The position numbers were made by a program, and so were the translations under genes. The notes under the pieces are model-generated. The model was not told the origin of the DNA. It did not search any database and was given only the letters and a program-made list of their open reading frames with translations. From positions 683,825 to 747,824 of the forward strand of contig JBFWNL010000001.1 in the NCBI GenBank assembly GCA_050251055.1: a stretch of DNA of 64,000 bases, read 5' to 3'. The stretch is from Bacteriovoracia bacterium (GTDB lineage: Bacteria; Bdellovibrionota; UBA1018; JBFWNL01). This document shows, one piece after another, positions 20,464 through 31,387 of the stretch (position 1 is the first letter of the stretch; every line of letters starts with the position of its first letter).

Positions 20464-22103
20464 CGGGGAGTTACCCGCCAGATCGACCAAAGACCCCATT
20501 CCTCTTTCGTCAAATAGGCGGAAAGGTATGGTGTACAGGGACGGGGACTATCCCAACAACGCTCGCCCTCCTGGGGAATTTGCACCAACAAGCCACTCGC
20601 GGTAGGCGCGGTCATCAAGGCGGGCGTCTCAAGTCTGGGATGGTTTTGGAATAAATCGGAGACATTTAGGTTCCGGGCGTTGTACCCGACTAGGCCGACA
20701 AAGCAGGTGGCCGGTAGCGCGAGCGCCCAACGAAGACGGACTAGGTAAACGAGGGGCTCGCGTACCCAGAACGCCCAGCCCCAGATGAAGACAAGAACAC
20801 CCATCAAAACGAGCGGAGCTAGTCCAAACCGGACATCCGGGCCCTTCAGGAACCAAAAACCCAACCCGAAAACATTCGCTGCCAACCCCCTGCCCAGTGC
20901 GCGGCTATCTAATCCACGGCTAGAACGCCTAAAAAACCGGGCGGCGCTGGCGAGCGCGAGGCCCGCGGCCAGATAGGCCGCTACCGCCCAGATGAGACGC
21001 TGTTCAAGAAATGTTCGCCACCACTTCGGCAGCCAGCCCCACCCGACCAACGCGTCGGAAATCGGCGCTCCTGGCGCCTTGGCCCAGGCTTCAATCACCC
21101 TCTGCATTTCGCTGACAGCATCGATGGGTACGCTCCATGAAAACGAGCTGATACAGCTCGCCGGGAGCGGATAGACAGCACAGCCCGATTGCAGAAAGCC
21201 TCGCAAACACCAAAATACCCCCGCGGCGATTAAGATCAGTAACCACTTCCGATGAGTGAGGGTGTCCCGAAGAGCTCCCGCGATCAGGGGGAAGAGGACG
21301 ATCGGTAGCGCCGAGACCTTCACGAAAATCGCCAAAACGGCTAAACGAAGGCTGGCGAGTGCCAAACCTGGCCCACCGCTCTCCAGCGCACGTAACGCTT
21401 GGAGTACACAGTAAAAGGATGTCGCCACCGCGGGAAAATCATTCGATGGCCCTGCCAGTAGGCCGATCATCAATCCTCGGCTGAGGGAAAGCATCAGTAA
21501 AATAGAAAACGCATAAAGGCGAGAAACACCACGATGGGGATCGTTCCGCCCCCCCACTACACCTTCGAGCAAGCCTACCACCAAACAAAACGCAATCAGC
21601 GCATTCGCGGAGAATACTGGGGCTAGTCCCAATCCAGGGAGACCAAGCGACGCCGCCCAGGGAAACCAAAGGGAGTTAAAACCGAAGCGCCCGTGCAAGT
21701 TAGCCAATCCCCAGGCAACGGGGCCGTCGCCGCTCCAAAGAACCGCCTGTAGATGGTACAACCCAGTGTCGTAAGAAACCGGCGAAGCGACCACCGACAA
21801 CGACAAGGCGACAGCGATCAAAAGTCCAACGACGTAAGTGGCCAATCGGTTCGCGCCGATCCGGGTCCAAGCCCGATAGCGCACGCAAAAAAGCCATCCC
21901 GCGATGAGCATGATCATGCAGTAGAGCGGAGAAATCGCGGCGAAAAAATTCCAAACCGTGGCTGCAATAACTAATCCGAATATGCCGTCGAAAGCCGGAC
22001 GAGCAACGCCGTCCCCCGCCAGAGTACCGGGTGCGCGCATTCGTCGCTCAAGCCAGATCCCCCAACCTACGAGGGCGGGAAACCAGGCCAGTAGAGTGAT
22101 CAA
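20460..22103 (-). CDS. Polytopic membrane protein, LIC_10190-like (putative GT-C)
   Basis: YDTGLYHLQ, GLANLHGRFGFNS, SGCAVYP, PDVRF, CWDSPRPCTPY; paralog of 52689..54344. Confidence 0.75.
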   Translation of the reverse strand: MITLLAWFPALVGWGIWLERRMRAPGTLAGDGVARPAFDGIFGLVIAATVWNFFAAISPLYCMIMLIAGWLFCVRYRAWTRIGANRLATYVVGLLIAVALSLSVVASPVSYDTGLYHLQAVLWSGDGPVAWGLANLHGRFGFNSLWFPWAASLGLPGLGLAPVFSANALIAFCLVVGLLEGVVGGRNDPHRGVSRLYAFSILLMLSLSRGLMIGLLAGPSNDFPAVATSFYCVLQALRALESGGPGLALASLRLAVLAIFVKVSALPIVLFPLIAGALRDTLTHRKWLLILIAAGVFWCLRGFLQSGCAVYPLPASCISSFSWSVPIDAVSEMQRVIEAWAKAPGAPISDALVGWGWLPKWWRTFLEQRLIWAVAAYLAAGLALASAARFFRRSSRGLDSRALGRGLAANVFGLGFWFLKGPDVRFGLAPLVLMGVLVFIWGWAFWVREPLVYLVRLRWALALPATCFVGLVGYNARNLNVSDLFQNHPRLETPALMTAPTASGLLVQIPQEGERCWDSPRPCTPYLSAYLTKEEWGLWSIWRVTPR

Positions 22104-22126
22104 GACGCTGAAGATAAGGCCCCCTC

Positions 22127-24157
22127 TTATTTATCTAGAAAGGCGACGAACGCCGGCGGCACCAACAGGGCACAATCGTGAGTCAACTCCAACCCGCGAT
22201 AAGTTACGACTTGCGATGCGTCGCGAGCCTGAACGAGATCTGGAAAACGTTTCGCGGAAGGACCGCAAGCGTCGCCAACCGCGACTTCGTTCTCCCAGAA
22301 CAGCACGACCTTGAGATCGGCCCGCATCCGCACCGCTAGTTTTTCGCCGCGAATTCCGTCGGCTCTCAAGGCATTCACATCGATGAAGTTCGCTTCTTTC
22401 AGGGACGGAGGCACCTTGCTCAGACGTCGCCCTAGCCGTTTGGCCAGCAACGGAAAGCCTTCCGCCAACACGCCGATGTTTCGGTGATCGACACTGACAT
22501 TGCGTAGAAGAAACTGGGCATCCCGCCGGACCCGGTGGAAATCCCGTGCCTTGCGGGCGCCGATGTTCTTTAGGGCAGCGTTTTCACCATAGAGGTTCTC
22601 CATGGCCTCCTTATAGACGCCCATCCAACCACCATAAACGTTGTCGAACCAGTAGTGATCCTGCCAGCCATAGTACTGAAGATAGTCGTCCGCCCGTCCG
22701 CGTGTCCCGCATGCGTGCGCCCCGACGATCAAGGACAGGACTGCCAACGCCCAGGAGAGACTCACCGGCCAGGTGAACTGCGTGGCCGCGGGTCGCCGCG
22801 CCGGCCAAGCTAGCGCGAGTAAGCAGAACCCAACCACGAGTGGAAAGGGCTCCAGCCAGACTAAATCTTGCATTCGGTCCGTGCGAGTTCCGAAAGCGGT
22901 GTTTAAAACGACCAATCCCTCGAGACCTAGCGCCAGCGCCACCCGTCCCCGTTCTCGCACTCGTCGCGAAGCCAGGAAAACAAAGAATGCGGCCAAGTTG
23001 GCGCCAAAAATCCACGGGTACAGCGCGACCTGATCTACGAGGGTGCTCCAGAATCCCTCCCACGTACGGATTTGAACCGACGCCGGGATCCGCACAAAGA
23101 GCATCTTGAAGTCATAAAGAAAGTATTTTGCCCCCATGCGCGGGGAAAGGTAGACAAAAAAGTGGAGCGCGAATGAAGCAAAAACCCCGCTCATGACGAG
23201 GGTGATCGAGCGAACCATTCCTTCCCAAGGGCGATATGCGCGCCAACGTGGGCCAAGATAAACGGCAAGCGCTAAACCGACCAAGAGCAAGGCCATCGCT
23301 TTAGCGAAGAGATTTATCTTGAAGGACTCATGAAATGTCCCGAGATCAAACGGAATCGGGACCCGATAGGCGACGAACAAACAAACCAAGAAGAATCCCA
23401 AATTCCCGGCAGCGAGCCAACGCCACATCTGGCGCCCGAACCGATGGCGTTCCGGGATTTGAACCAACTCCGCCATCGTAACCCGATTAAACTGGGCGAA
23501 CACGAAAAGCATCAAGGGTACGGCCGCCAAGATGAAGATGGGCTGGATTTTGGTCAAGAACGCCAGTCCCAACGCGACTCCGCCCAAAAAAACACCGCCC
23601 AATCGCCCAACGGGGCGCGCCGCGCGTACGGCGCAGGCCAGTGCGAACCAGCCAGCGGCGAGAAACAGCATCCCATAGATTTCGGAGCGGACCAACGTCG
23701 CGTGAAAGAGGCCGCCCTCGAGTAAGCCAAAGAGCAGGAGCAGCCACACCCGCGCCCCGCCGGTGAGTCGAAAGGCGCGGACGACCGCGGCCCACATGAA
23801 AAACACCGTAGCGAGCGCAACTGCAGGCGAAAGCTTGCGGATAAAGTCGGTGTGCTCCGCCATCGCCGCCATGGGATTGAGAGCGACCTTGAGATCGGGA
23901 TAGTCAAATACGGAGAGTTCGCCCCAAAGCTGCACGAAACGCTGGGCCCACGCCACAAGGAAATATAGGCCAAAGCTTGGATGATTTAAGTGCACCGGGG
24001 TCTGGCCACTTTGAATGATGAGAGTGTCGATGGAAACCGTGAGATCCATGTCCCACGCGAAATAATACGGATAACTCGCGTAAAGCCGAAAGTAGACGAA
24101 GTACAAGCTAACGGCGACCAGGCCGAGGACTACATTCTCCCAGGCGCGTTTGGTCAT
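22127..24157 (-). CDS. Large polytopic membrane protein, putative GT-C glycosyltransferase
   Basis: First TM followed by WDMD and HLNHP loop, many TMs, soluble C-terminal domain. Confidence 0.6.
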   Translation of the reverse strand: MTKRAWENVVLGLVAVSLYFVYFRLYASYPYYFAWDMDLTVSIDTLIIQSGQTPVHLNHPSFGLYFLVAWAQRFVQLWGELSVFDYPDLKVALNPMAAMAEHTDFIRKLSPAVALATVFFMWAAVVRAFRLTGGARVWLLLLFGLLEGGLFHATLVRSEIYGMLFLAAGWFALACAVRAARPVGRLGGVFLGGVALGLAFLTKIQPIFILAAVPLMLFVFAQFNRVTMAELVQIPERHRFGRQMWRWLAAGNLGFFLVCLFVAYRVPIPFDLGTFHESFKINLFAKAMALLLVGLALAVYLGPRWRAYRPWEGMVRSITLVMSGVFASFALHFFVYLSPRMGAKYFLYDFKMLFVRIPASVQIRTWEGFWSTLVDQVALYPWIFGANLAAFFVFLASRRVRERGRVALALGLEGLVVLNTAFGTRTDRMQDLVWLEPFPLVVGFCLLALAWPARRPAATQFTWPVSLSWALAVLSLIVGAHACGTRGRADDYLQYYGWQDHYWFDNVYGGWMGVYKEAMENLYGENAALKNIGARKARDFHRVRRDAQFLLRNVSVDHRNIGVLAEGFPLLAKRLGRRLSKVPPSLKEANFIDVNALRADGIRGEKLAVRMRADLKVVLFWENEVAVGDACGPSAKRFPDLVQARDASQVVTYRGLELTHDCALLVPPAFVAFLDK

Positions 24158-24954
24158 GCGGCGACGCCAGCGCTTGGTCGAAAAAATTCGCGATAAACCG
24201 CGTAAATCATGCCAATGCAGAGCCCCAGTAAGGCACCCAAGCCGGCGAAATAGGGGTAGCGAGGGCTCACCGGTCGGTCGCTCAACGAAGGCGGATCCAC
24301 CACCTCGGACGCTTTCACTCCCACCCCATTCATCATCATTTCGGTCGAGAAGCGTGCACGCTCGAGCTTGGCGATCTCCGCCAGCAGTGTCCCTTTGTGC
24401 ATTGCGATCGCGGCCCCGAGCGCGGCATCGCGTCCGGAGGCGCTATCCAATCGCTTGTCGAGATTCTCCACCAACGCGCGCTGTTTCGCGACGTCTTGAC
24501 GAAGGGTATCGATATAGCTTTGATAAGCATTAGTGAATGCGTCGTACCGTTTTTGGTGGGCAGCCAACAATTTCTTCACGGCTTGTTCCACGGCATCCTT
24601 TGCCGCTTGCGGGTTGGCGGCCTTACCAATCAAGGTAATAAAGGAATCAGCGGAACGGGCGTCGAGCCTCACCCCTCCGCTACCTTCCGTCGAAGCTGTC
24701 CGCACGCGCTCGATAGCGAGGGCCATGGGTTCGATGGGATAAGGTACCATGCGTTCGGTCACCTGCTCCATTGCTCCGACCTTGCCGATTTCAATCACGG
24801 CTTTGCTGGCGTAAAGCGTCGGGCGGGTCAGCGCGGTCACGACCCCTACGACCGCGCCGACCGCGGCAAAAACCGCGATGGTTTTCCACTGCTTGCACAG
24901 TACGTTGCCCAACTCCATAAAGCCGATTTCTTGAGTAACTGCTCGCGTGTTCAT
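24154..24954 (-). CDS. wzz: Wzz-like chain-length determinant / polysaccharide co-polymerase
   Basis: EIGFMEL...KQWK plus TM, P-x-Y-x-S motif, coiled coil, PVSPR plus Gly-rich C-terminal TM. Confidence 0.8.
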   Translation of the reverse strand: MNTRAVTQEIGFMELGNVLCKQWKTIAVFAAVGAVVGVVTALTRPTLYASKAVIEIGKVGAMEQVTERMVPYPIEPMALAIERVRTASTEGSGGVRLDARSADSFITLIGKAANPQAAKDAVEQAVKKLLAAHQKRYDAFTNAYQSYIDTLRQDVAKQRALVENLDKRLDSASGRDAALGAAIAMHKGTLLAEIAKLERARFSTEMMMNGVGVKASEVVDPPSLSDRPVSPRYPYFAGLGALLGLCIGMIYAVYREFFRPSAGVAA

Positions 24955-24990
24955 GTGATTCGAATTATATAACTCGTCGAAAAAAGTCCA

Positions 24991-26274
24991 CTAAACAGTG
25001 TGCCCCCTATAACTGAAAATCAAGCTAATCAGCAGGACCACCGGCAACATAAAAGAAGGATATTCGAGCCAGTTGTCCGAAAGGCACAAGACGGGCACCA
25101 AGACCAGGAGACCAAACCCGACGAAGCGTAGTGCTTCGGATGCGACAACTTGAGAAAGCCGCATGCCTAGCGCCAGAGCCGCTAGGACCACTATTAACAG
25201 ACCCACCAATCCCAACTCCATGACCCACGATTGCACAGATTGAAAGGGCTGCTGCAAGACCCCATCCTGATAGGGGATGCTGCGGCTGATACGGTTCCAA
25301 AGCGGGTAGATGTTCTCGTAAGTGGCCTCGCTCATCGACACCGGCAGGTCACCCGCCTGATCGGAAAGGTATTCGCCGGTAAGAATCATCGCCGCCCGAC
25401 TGGAATACTGCCCCAAACCCGCACCGAAGATCATCTGTGTACCGTGCTCCGACAGATAGTTCCAGCTACGTTGCACGGCTCGCGCCTTGCCGAGCCGCAG
25501 CTCTTCTCCCGACACTAACGCTCCGAACGTCACGCGCAGCGTTTTCTCCAGGTACTCGAGATTATCGCGCTGAGTGTATCCGAAAACCAGGAAACCCAAG
25601 ATCCCGGCCACCACCACCACCCCGCGCAGCCGCCACATGCGACCCAAGGGGGACCAAAGGACGATAACGCCCACCGCCGCGAAAAACAGCACGCTGACGA
25701 AAATCGCCGAACCATAAATCGCGCCCAGGACCGATGCCACCACTCCCGGCAGCACGTAAAAAGCGCGAAAGCCAAAACCGTAGGCGCACATCAAGACAAA
25801 GGCTTGCAGCCAGAGCTTCACCACCAGCAGATGGGAGTGCGTAAGCAACGTTCCCACCACAGCGTCGCCATCACCGCCGTATCGGAAGATAAAAGTCCCC
25901 TGCATAAGGTAGAGCTGGGCTAAACCGAGCATGAATTCAAAAATCGACGTGAACGCGAGCGCGGCTACCATGACGTGGAACAATCGTTCCGGGTTTCGCC
26001 AGCGCCAACCCAATAGAGCGAGCGAACCATACGTGAGAAGTCCAAGCGCGAAGTTGAGCGGCAGGAAATCCTCGGCATGCCAAAGCGCCCCCAGTAGGAT
26101 CAACGCAATAAAAGCGAAATTCACCAACCACCCGTAACGACCCCACCGCAACCGCCCGCTCAGTAGGCCATAGAAAAGCACGACGAGCGGCAAACCGTAA
26201 ACCACGCCCTGAAGCGCGCCCTTCACTGGAAACCAGCTGACTAATATAAGCGATAAGAAAAGCAGGGTTTCCAT
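24991..26274 (-). CDS. Wzy-like polymerase / polytopic membrane protein
   Basis: Start METLLF at 26274, abutting the GT2 stop. About 10-11 TMs with a periplasmic loop FGAGLGQYSSRA...ELGLVG; lies directly upstream of wzz. Confidence 0.6.
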   Translation of the reverse strand: METLLFLSLILVSWFPVKGALQGVVYGLPLVVLFYGLLSGRLRWGRYGWLVNFAFIALILLGALWHAEDFLPLNFALGLLTYGSLALLGWRWRNPERLFHVMVAALAFTSIFEFMLGLAQLYLMQGTFIFRYGGDGDAVVGTLLTHSHLLVVKLWLQAFVLMCAYGFGFRAFYVLPGVVASVLGAIYGSAIFVSVLFFAAVGVIVLWSPLGRMWRLRGVVVVAGILGFLVFGYTQRDNLEYLEKTLRVTFGALVSGEELRLGKARAVQRSWNYLSEHGTQMIFGAGLGQYSSRAAMILTGEYLSDQAGDLPVSMSEATYENIYPLWNRISRSIPYQDGVLQQPFQSVQSWVMELGLVGLLIVVLAALALGMRLSQVVASEALRFVGFGLLVLVPVLCLSDNWLEYPSFMLPVVLLISLIFSYRGHTV

Positions 26275-27095
26275 CAGCCGCGCTTCCACCAAATCCAGAT
26301 CGGCTGCAGTAGCCGGTTGAGCGGCGAAGCCTTCACGCGCTTGAGTAGGCGCAGCTCGGCGACTTTGGCCGCCCACTCCCCTTCGTTTCGCCAGCGCTGA
26401 ACGGGGTTGAGTTTCGGCGCGAGTAACTCCCGCGAGATCTCGCGAAACTCCGCCATCGACTGTCCCCAACGGACATCGGAGACGCCGCCGGCGTCCACCC
26501 GCGCCAGGCACTCCGTGCGCATGCGCGCACGCGCGCCGCCCACGTACGCCCGTACCAAGTGCTCGTAATCGCCCGCGATCGGATAGCGATCGGAGTAAGC
26601 GCCCATGCGAGCGAACAACTCTCGTCGATAAATCACCGCCTGGTGGCATACCCGATTGTAGCCCAGCAGGTTACCCAGGAAGCTCCCGCGAGGGCGCGTG
26701 GCGTAGCGTAACCGCCCTCCCTGCCAGCGCTCGGCCGCGCCGATCACCAGGTCGAGCTTCGCGTCGCGCGCGAACTCCCCCAGGAAGTCGAGCGCTACCC
26801 GCGCGTCGGCCGCGCGGTCGCCCCCGTTCAAAAACCAAAGCTGGTCCCCTTCGGCCTCCGCGATGCCGTCGTTCATGGCGGTATAGACGCCGCGAGCCTC
26901 GCGCACCACGTGCTTAAGCGGCCAATTCTTCAACCCCGCGATCACCCCGGCGTTCACGGCGGGTGAACCGTCGACGATCACGTGCTGCCAACGTCGACCG
27001 CGTCCGGCGCACGTAGCCGCGAACGGCTCGAGCGACGCGCAGGTAGCGGCCAGGGCATTCGGATCATTATATGTGATAGTGATGATCGAAAGCAT
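26274..27095 (-). CDS. Glycosyltransferase family 2 (WcaE-like)
   Basis: LSIITITYN, VIVDG, GVYTAMNDG, FLNGGD, CHQAVIY, AGDYE, GGVS. Confidence 0.9.
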   Translation of the reverse strand: MLSIITITYNDPNALAATCASLEPFAATCAGRGRRWQHVIVDGSPAVNAGVIAGLKNWPLKHVVREARGVYTAMNDGIAEAEGDQLWFLNGGDRAADARVALDFLGEFARDAKLDLVIGAAERWQGGRLRYATRPRGSFLGNLLGYNRVCHQAVIYRRELFARMGAYSDRYPIAGDYEHLVRAYVGGARARMRTECLARVDAGGVSDVRWGQSMAEFREISRELLAPKLNPVQRWRNEGEWAAKVAELRLLKRVKASPLNRLLQPIWIWWKRG

Positions 27096-27106
27096 TGCGC
27101 AAACCT

Positions 27107-27940
27107 TTAAGACGTCATCACCGTTTGCAAGCTACGCTTCAGCAAGCGAGCTGAATTCAAGAGCTTCGCCGAGGCCGAGGGCGAATACTTCAAGATCAAA
27201 GTCAAATGACAGCGCAGGTTATTCGAGGAACGGATACTGAAGAGATCCTTGAACTTCGACCAAGCAGGACGGGGTGGCTGCCCACCCAGGCCGGCGCGGT
27301 CTTTGTGATAGACAGCGGCCTGCCGGGACATCAGCAACCGGTAACCCGCGCGTTTAGCCCGAATAAAAAACTCCATATCCGCCGCGTAATGCGGGAGCGT
27401 CGTCTGATCGAATAACCCCAGGCGCCGAAAAAGCTCGATCGGAATCAGCGTGCCCCGACACGCGAGCGTGTCGACCTCGATCCAAGGCGGCGACTCCGCG
27501 TACGGGACCTTATTAAAAAGATACTTCTGCCAGTCGATGCGATAGCCGCTGTCTTCGACGTGGTTGCGCTCAAAAAAGTTCCGCGCCACCGAGCCCACGA
27601 CCGCGCGATCCTGGGATACCGAAACGTCCATGAGCGTCTGCAGGAAGTCGGGACCGAACTCCGTGTCATCGTTCAAAGTCATTACGTAATCACCGTCCTG
27701 CGCGCGCTCCAGGATGTGGCGCAGGCCGGCGTTCATGGATTTCGTCCACCACCAATCGCCGGGTCCGCGTAGGACTTGCACGTCCGGAAACTCGGCGCGA
27801 ATCGCGTCCCCCGATCCATCGGTGGAACCATCATCGAAGATCACCACCCGAAACGCCGGGCCTTTGAGCGCGGAAATGCAGCGCAAGCACTCCAACGTCA
27901 GCGCTTTGCGGTTATAGATGGCGAATAGGATGTAAACCAT
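27107..27940 (-). CDS. Glycosyltransferase family 2 (rhamnosyltransferase-like)
   Basis: DDGSTDGS, WWTKSMNAG, LNDDT, GLFD...PHYAADMEF. Confidence 0.9.
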   Translation of the reverse strand: MVYILFAIYNRKALTLECLRCISALKGPAFRVVIFDDGSTDGSGDAIRAEFPDVQVLRGPGDWWWTKSMNAGLRHILERAQDGDYVMTLNDDTEFGPDFLQTLMDVSVSQDRAVVGSVARNFFERNHVEDSGYRIDWQKYLFNKVPYAESPPWIEVDTLACRGTLIPIELFRRLGLFDQTTLPHYAADMEFFIRAKRAGYRLLMSRQAAVYHKDRAGLGGQPPRPAWSKFKDLFSIRSSNNLRCHLTLILKYSPSASAKLLNSARLLKRSLQTVMTS

Positions 27941-27961
27941 CGTGTTACTCTTAGGTCGCCC

Positions 27962-28828
27962 CTAGGTCTCGCTAATACGCAGGAGGTATTGACCATATTC
28001 GGTCTTCGCCATGCCTTCGCCGAGCGCCTTGAGCGCGCCGCGATCAATGAAGCCCATGCGGTAGGCGACTTCCTCGGGACAGCCGATTTTCAACCCTTGG
28101 CGGGTTTCGACCGTATGGATGAACATGCCGGCCTGCAGGAGGGACTCGTAAGTTCCGGTATCCAGCCACGCCAATCCGCGGCCCAGGAGCTCCACCTTTA
28201 AATCCCCCCGCTCCATGTACAAGCGGTTGAGGTCGGTGATCTCGAGCTCGCCGCGCCCCGAAGGCCGCACGCGCTTGGCCATCTCGACCACGTCGCGATC
28301 GTAGAAATAGATTCCCGGCACGGCGTAGTTGGACTTCGGCTTCGCCGGTTTTTCTTCGAGCGAAAGCACCTTGCCGTCTTTGGCGAATTCCACGACGCCG
28401 TAGTTCTGCGGATCACGGGTCGGATAACCGAAGATGGTCGCACCTTTTTTCAGGGTCGCGGACCGCGCCAGGAGATCACTGAACCCGTGGCCATAGAAAA
28501 GATTGTCGCCCAAGACCAAACAAGCCGAATCACCGGCGAGGAATTCCTCCCCGAGCAAGAACGCCTCCGCCAGCCCACGTGGCGCGCTCTGGGTCGCGTA
28601 CTCGATGCGAATGCCCCACTTCGAGCCGTCGCCCATCAGGCGCTGAAACGCCGGACCATCCTGCGGCGTCGTGATGACCAGGATTTCCTTCATGCCCGCG
28701 AGCATCAACGTCGTCAGCGGGTAGTACACCATCGGCTTGTCGTAAATCGGCAAGAGCTGTTTGCTCGTGCCCAAGGTGATGGGATGCAGGCGGGTGCCGC
28801 TGCCTCCGGCCAAGATGATTCCCTTCAT
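27962..28828 (-). CDS. rfbA: Glucose-1-phosphate thymidylyltransferase
   Basis: MKGIILAGGSGTRLHP, SKQLLPIYDKPM, LGDNLFYG, EEKP, RGELEITD, WLDTGT. Confidence 0.97.
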   Translation of the reverse strand: MKGIILAGGSGTRLHPITLGTSKQLLPIYDKPMVYYPLTTLMLAGMKEILVITTPQDGPAFQRLMGDGSKWGIRIEYATQSAPRGLAEAFLLGEEFLAGDSACLVLGDNLFYGHGFSDLLARSATLKKGATIFGYPTRDPQNYGVVEFAKDGKVLSLEEKPAKPKSNYAVPGIYFYDRDVVEMAKRVRPSGRGELEITDLNRLYMERGDLKVELLGRGLAWLDTGTYESLLQAGMFIHTVETRQGLKIGCPEEVAYRMGFIDRGALKALGEGMAKTEYGQYLLRISET

Positions 28829-29817
28829 GCCATTCGCTCCAAGTACCACTTCACGGTGGCGCGCAGTTGTCCTTCGAATTCACCTGCCGGACGCCAACCC
28901 AGCTCCTCGCGCACGCGCGTGGAATCGATCGCATAGCGGAAGTCGTGCCCCAGGCGATCGGTCACGAACTGGATCAGGTTCGCGTAGTCGCCTTGCGGGC
29001 CCTTTCCCACCAGCTCGTTCAACGACTGGCAGATGGTCTCCACCATCTTGATGTTTTCAAGCTCGTGTTCGGCGCCGATGTTGTAAACGCCGCCCGCCTG
29101 ACCGCGCTTGAACACACGCGTGATCGCGTCGCAGTGATCGGTGACGTAGAGCCAATCGCGCTTGTTCTTACCGTTTCCGTAGACCGGGATCGGCTGACCT
29201 TTCAAGGCGGTGCGGATCACGGTCGGGATGAGCTTTTCGGCGTGCTGGTGCGGGCCGAAGTTGTTCGAGCAATGCGTGATCATCACGCGCATGCCGTAAG
29301 TGACGTGATAGGCGCGCGCGAAGTGATCGGACGCGGCCTTCGACGCCGAGTAAGGCGAGTTCGGCGCGTACGGGGTTTTCTCCGTGAAGACCCCGGTCGG
29401 GCCCAGGCTGCCGTACACTTCGTCCGTGGAAACATGCACGAACGGTGGAGCCTTGAGGTCGCCGGTCAGCCAAAGCTGGCGGCACTCTTCCAAGAGGTTG
29501 AACGTCCCCACGACGTTCGAGTTAACGAACGCCTGCGGGTCCTTGATCGAATTATCGACGTGGGACTCGGCCGCGAGATGGATCACGCCTTCGGGGCGGA
29601 ACGCCTGTACGGCTTCCTTCACCCGTGCCCGGTCCACCAGATCCACTTGCTGGAATTGGTAGGCGGGACTCCCCGCGACGCCTTTCAGGTAATCCAGATT
29701 GGAGGCATAACCCAGTTTATCGAGGTTCAGGATTTGGTCGCCCGGCGATTCCTTGATCCACTGCAAAATCAGGTGGGAACCAATGAATCCGGCGCCTCCA
29801 GTAACGAGAATTCGCAT
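28825..29817 (-). CDS. rfbB: dTDP-glucose 4,6-dehydratase
   Basis: VTGGAGFIGS, HLAAESHVD, HVSTDEVYG, PNSPYSASKA, CSNNFGP, EKLIP, GHDFRYAID. Confidence 0.97.
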   Translation of the reverse strand: MRILVTGGAGFIGSHLILQWIKESPGDQILNLDKLGYASNLDYLKGVAGSPAYQFQQVDLVDRARVKEAVQAFRPEGVIHLAAESHVDNSIKDPQAFVNSNVVGTFNLLEECRQLWLTGDLKAPPFVHVSTDEVYGSLGPTGVFTEKTPYAPNSPYSASKAASDHFARAYHVTYGMRVMITHCSNNFGPHQHAEKLIPTVIRTALKGQPIPVYGNGKNKRDWLYVTDHCDAITRVFKRGQAGGVYNIGAEHELENIKMVETICQSLNELVGKGPQGDYANLIQFVTDRLGHDFRYAIDSTRVREELGWRPAGEFEGQLRATVKWYLERMA

Positions 29818-29899
29818 GAAAAGTTAAATAACCGCCGGCACTTCCGGTGGCAAAGAAAAACCGCCTCGTAGGATCAGACACCCAATATCACGCGATGCG

Positions 29900-31384
29900 T
29901 CACAGCCCGAATTCGTATACCGACACCTTCGGGGTGGAAAATACTTCTTTAAAGCCATGCTGGCCGGGGTCCGGCAGTTTCATTCCCGTCATTAAGACAC
30001 AGGGACTCTTTTTCTTTAACTCCTCGGCCGTATAGCCATGGTCGTTAAATTGAACGAAGACTCGCCCCTCCCCGTTGTAAAACAACGCCTCCGGATACAG
30101 CCGATTCAAGTGCCACGAAAAGCGGTTAGCCAGGATATCGCCCAACCGAAACGCGGCGGGCACCCCAGACCCCAGATAAGTCGTGCCTTGCCGGCACTCC
30201 GGGCGGTTTTGGAGATACTGCGTCAACTGCTCCTCCGCGCGTACGTACTCCCGCTTTTCCGAAACGCCACGATAGTGCCCGACCGCGCCCACCAACAAAG
30301 TGCCGGCGACAAGCCAAGGCAACGGACGCCGGCTCTGAGCCGCCTGAGTTAAGTGCCGAGCGCAGAGCCACGCCAAGATCACGAACGAAGGCAGTAGATA
30401 GTGAGGCGCGGGATGCTTCAATACGACCAGAAACTGGAGAGTGCAGGCGATTACCGCTCCCACGAAGAACCGATCCCGCCGTCCATGAGCAATAATGAAG
30501 AACCAGGCACCGCCCAAGAGGCAGTAGAATTCCGGAATTTTACCGGCCAAGGAAATGAAATGACTACCCAGGGCCTTGAAATCAACGAAGCCCGCGTCGC
30601 CGCTACCGTACCTACCGGTGTGCGTCAGCAAGGATGAGAGCCAGAGCTGGAGCCGATCCAACTGCGACGAAATGGGCAAGAGCCAGCAAACCATGAAAAC
30701 AACCAGAAACAACCAGAACCACAACGTCCGGCGTTGACGTCCGGAAAAGGTCGGCCAGACGAGCAGTGGCAGGAAAACGACCTTGCTGGATATCGCGGTC
30801 GCGCCCGCGAGCGCCGCGCGCCACCCCGGCTTGAATGGCAAACCGGGCGCAGGCTCCATGAAATACGCGAAGAGCAGGGTCGCCAACACCAAAGTCTGCT
30901 CCGCGGTGAACTGATGGAGCAAATCCATCAGCGTCGGCGAAGATAACAGGCACAGCGCGAAGAAAAACGAAAAGGAATCCTGCGTCCGCCCGGAAGTCCG
31001 GCGATGGATCCAAAGCAATAAAAACGCGAAGGCAATCCGAAAGACCCAAGAGACCGTGGATAAATAAGCCTCCGGCGACTTCAGCACCGCCGAGGTGATG
31101 TCCTCGCGTTCGCTACCCACTGCCCGGGCGATTCCGTAGTGCACCCCCATCGCGACCGCCCCCACGATCTGGGCCGGCGTACCGGGATGATCGACGTAAC
31201 GGGCTTGATCCCGATTCAAAATCGTCAAGGAGCTGAGCAGATAGCCGTAATCGGGATCGGAATTCGCGCCGAGATAGACGGGGCCGCTCACCACGCGATA
31301 GCCGGAAACCACCACCATGATGGCCAGCCAGGCGCCGAAGAAGCGGGCGTTGGATGGGCTCAGGCCAAAACGCGAAAGCAACAA
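29900..31384 (-). CDS. Polytopic membrane protein, putative GT-C glycosyltransferase
   Basis: TM1 followed by DPDYGYL and DHPGTP loop; HTGRYGSG; KHPAPHYLLP. Confidence 0.65.
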   Translation of the reverse strand: MLLSRFGLSPSNARFFGAWLAIMVVVSGYRVVSGPVYLGANSDPDYGYLLSSLTILNRDQARYVDHPGTPAQIVGAVAMGVHYGIARAVGSEREDITSAVLKSPEAYLSTVSWVFRIAFAFLLLWIHRRTSGRTQDSFSFFFALCLLSSPTLMDLLHQFTAEQTLVLATLLFAYFMEPAPGLPFKPGWRAALAGATAISSKVVFLPLLVWPTFSGRQRRTLWFWLFLVVFMVCWLLPISSQLDRLQLWLSSLLTHTGRYGSGDAGFVDFKALGSHFISLAGKIPEFYCLLGGAWFFIIAHGRRDRFFVGAVIACTLQFLVVLKHPAPHYLLPSFVILAWLCARHLTQAAQSRRPLPWLVAGTLLVGAVGHYRGVSEKREYVRAEEQLTQYLQNRPECRQGTTYLGSGVPAAFRLGDILANRFSWHLNRLYPEALFYNGEGRVFVQFNDHGYTAEELKKKSPCVLMTGMKLPDPGQHGFKEVFSTPKVSVYEFGL

Positions 31385-31387
31385 CGC

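Noticed and set aside
26275-26649. Arg-rich extension of ORF 24991..26649
   Set aside because: Overlaps the GT2; the real start is METLLF at 26274.
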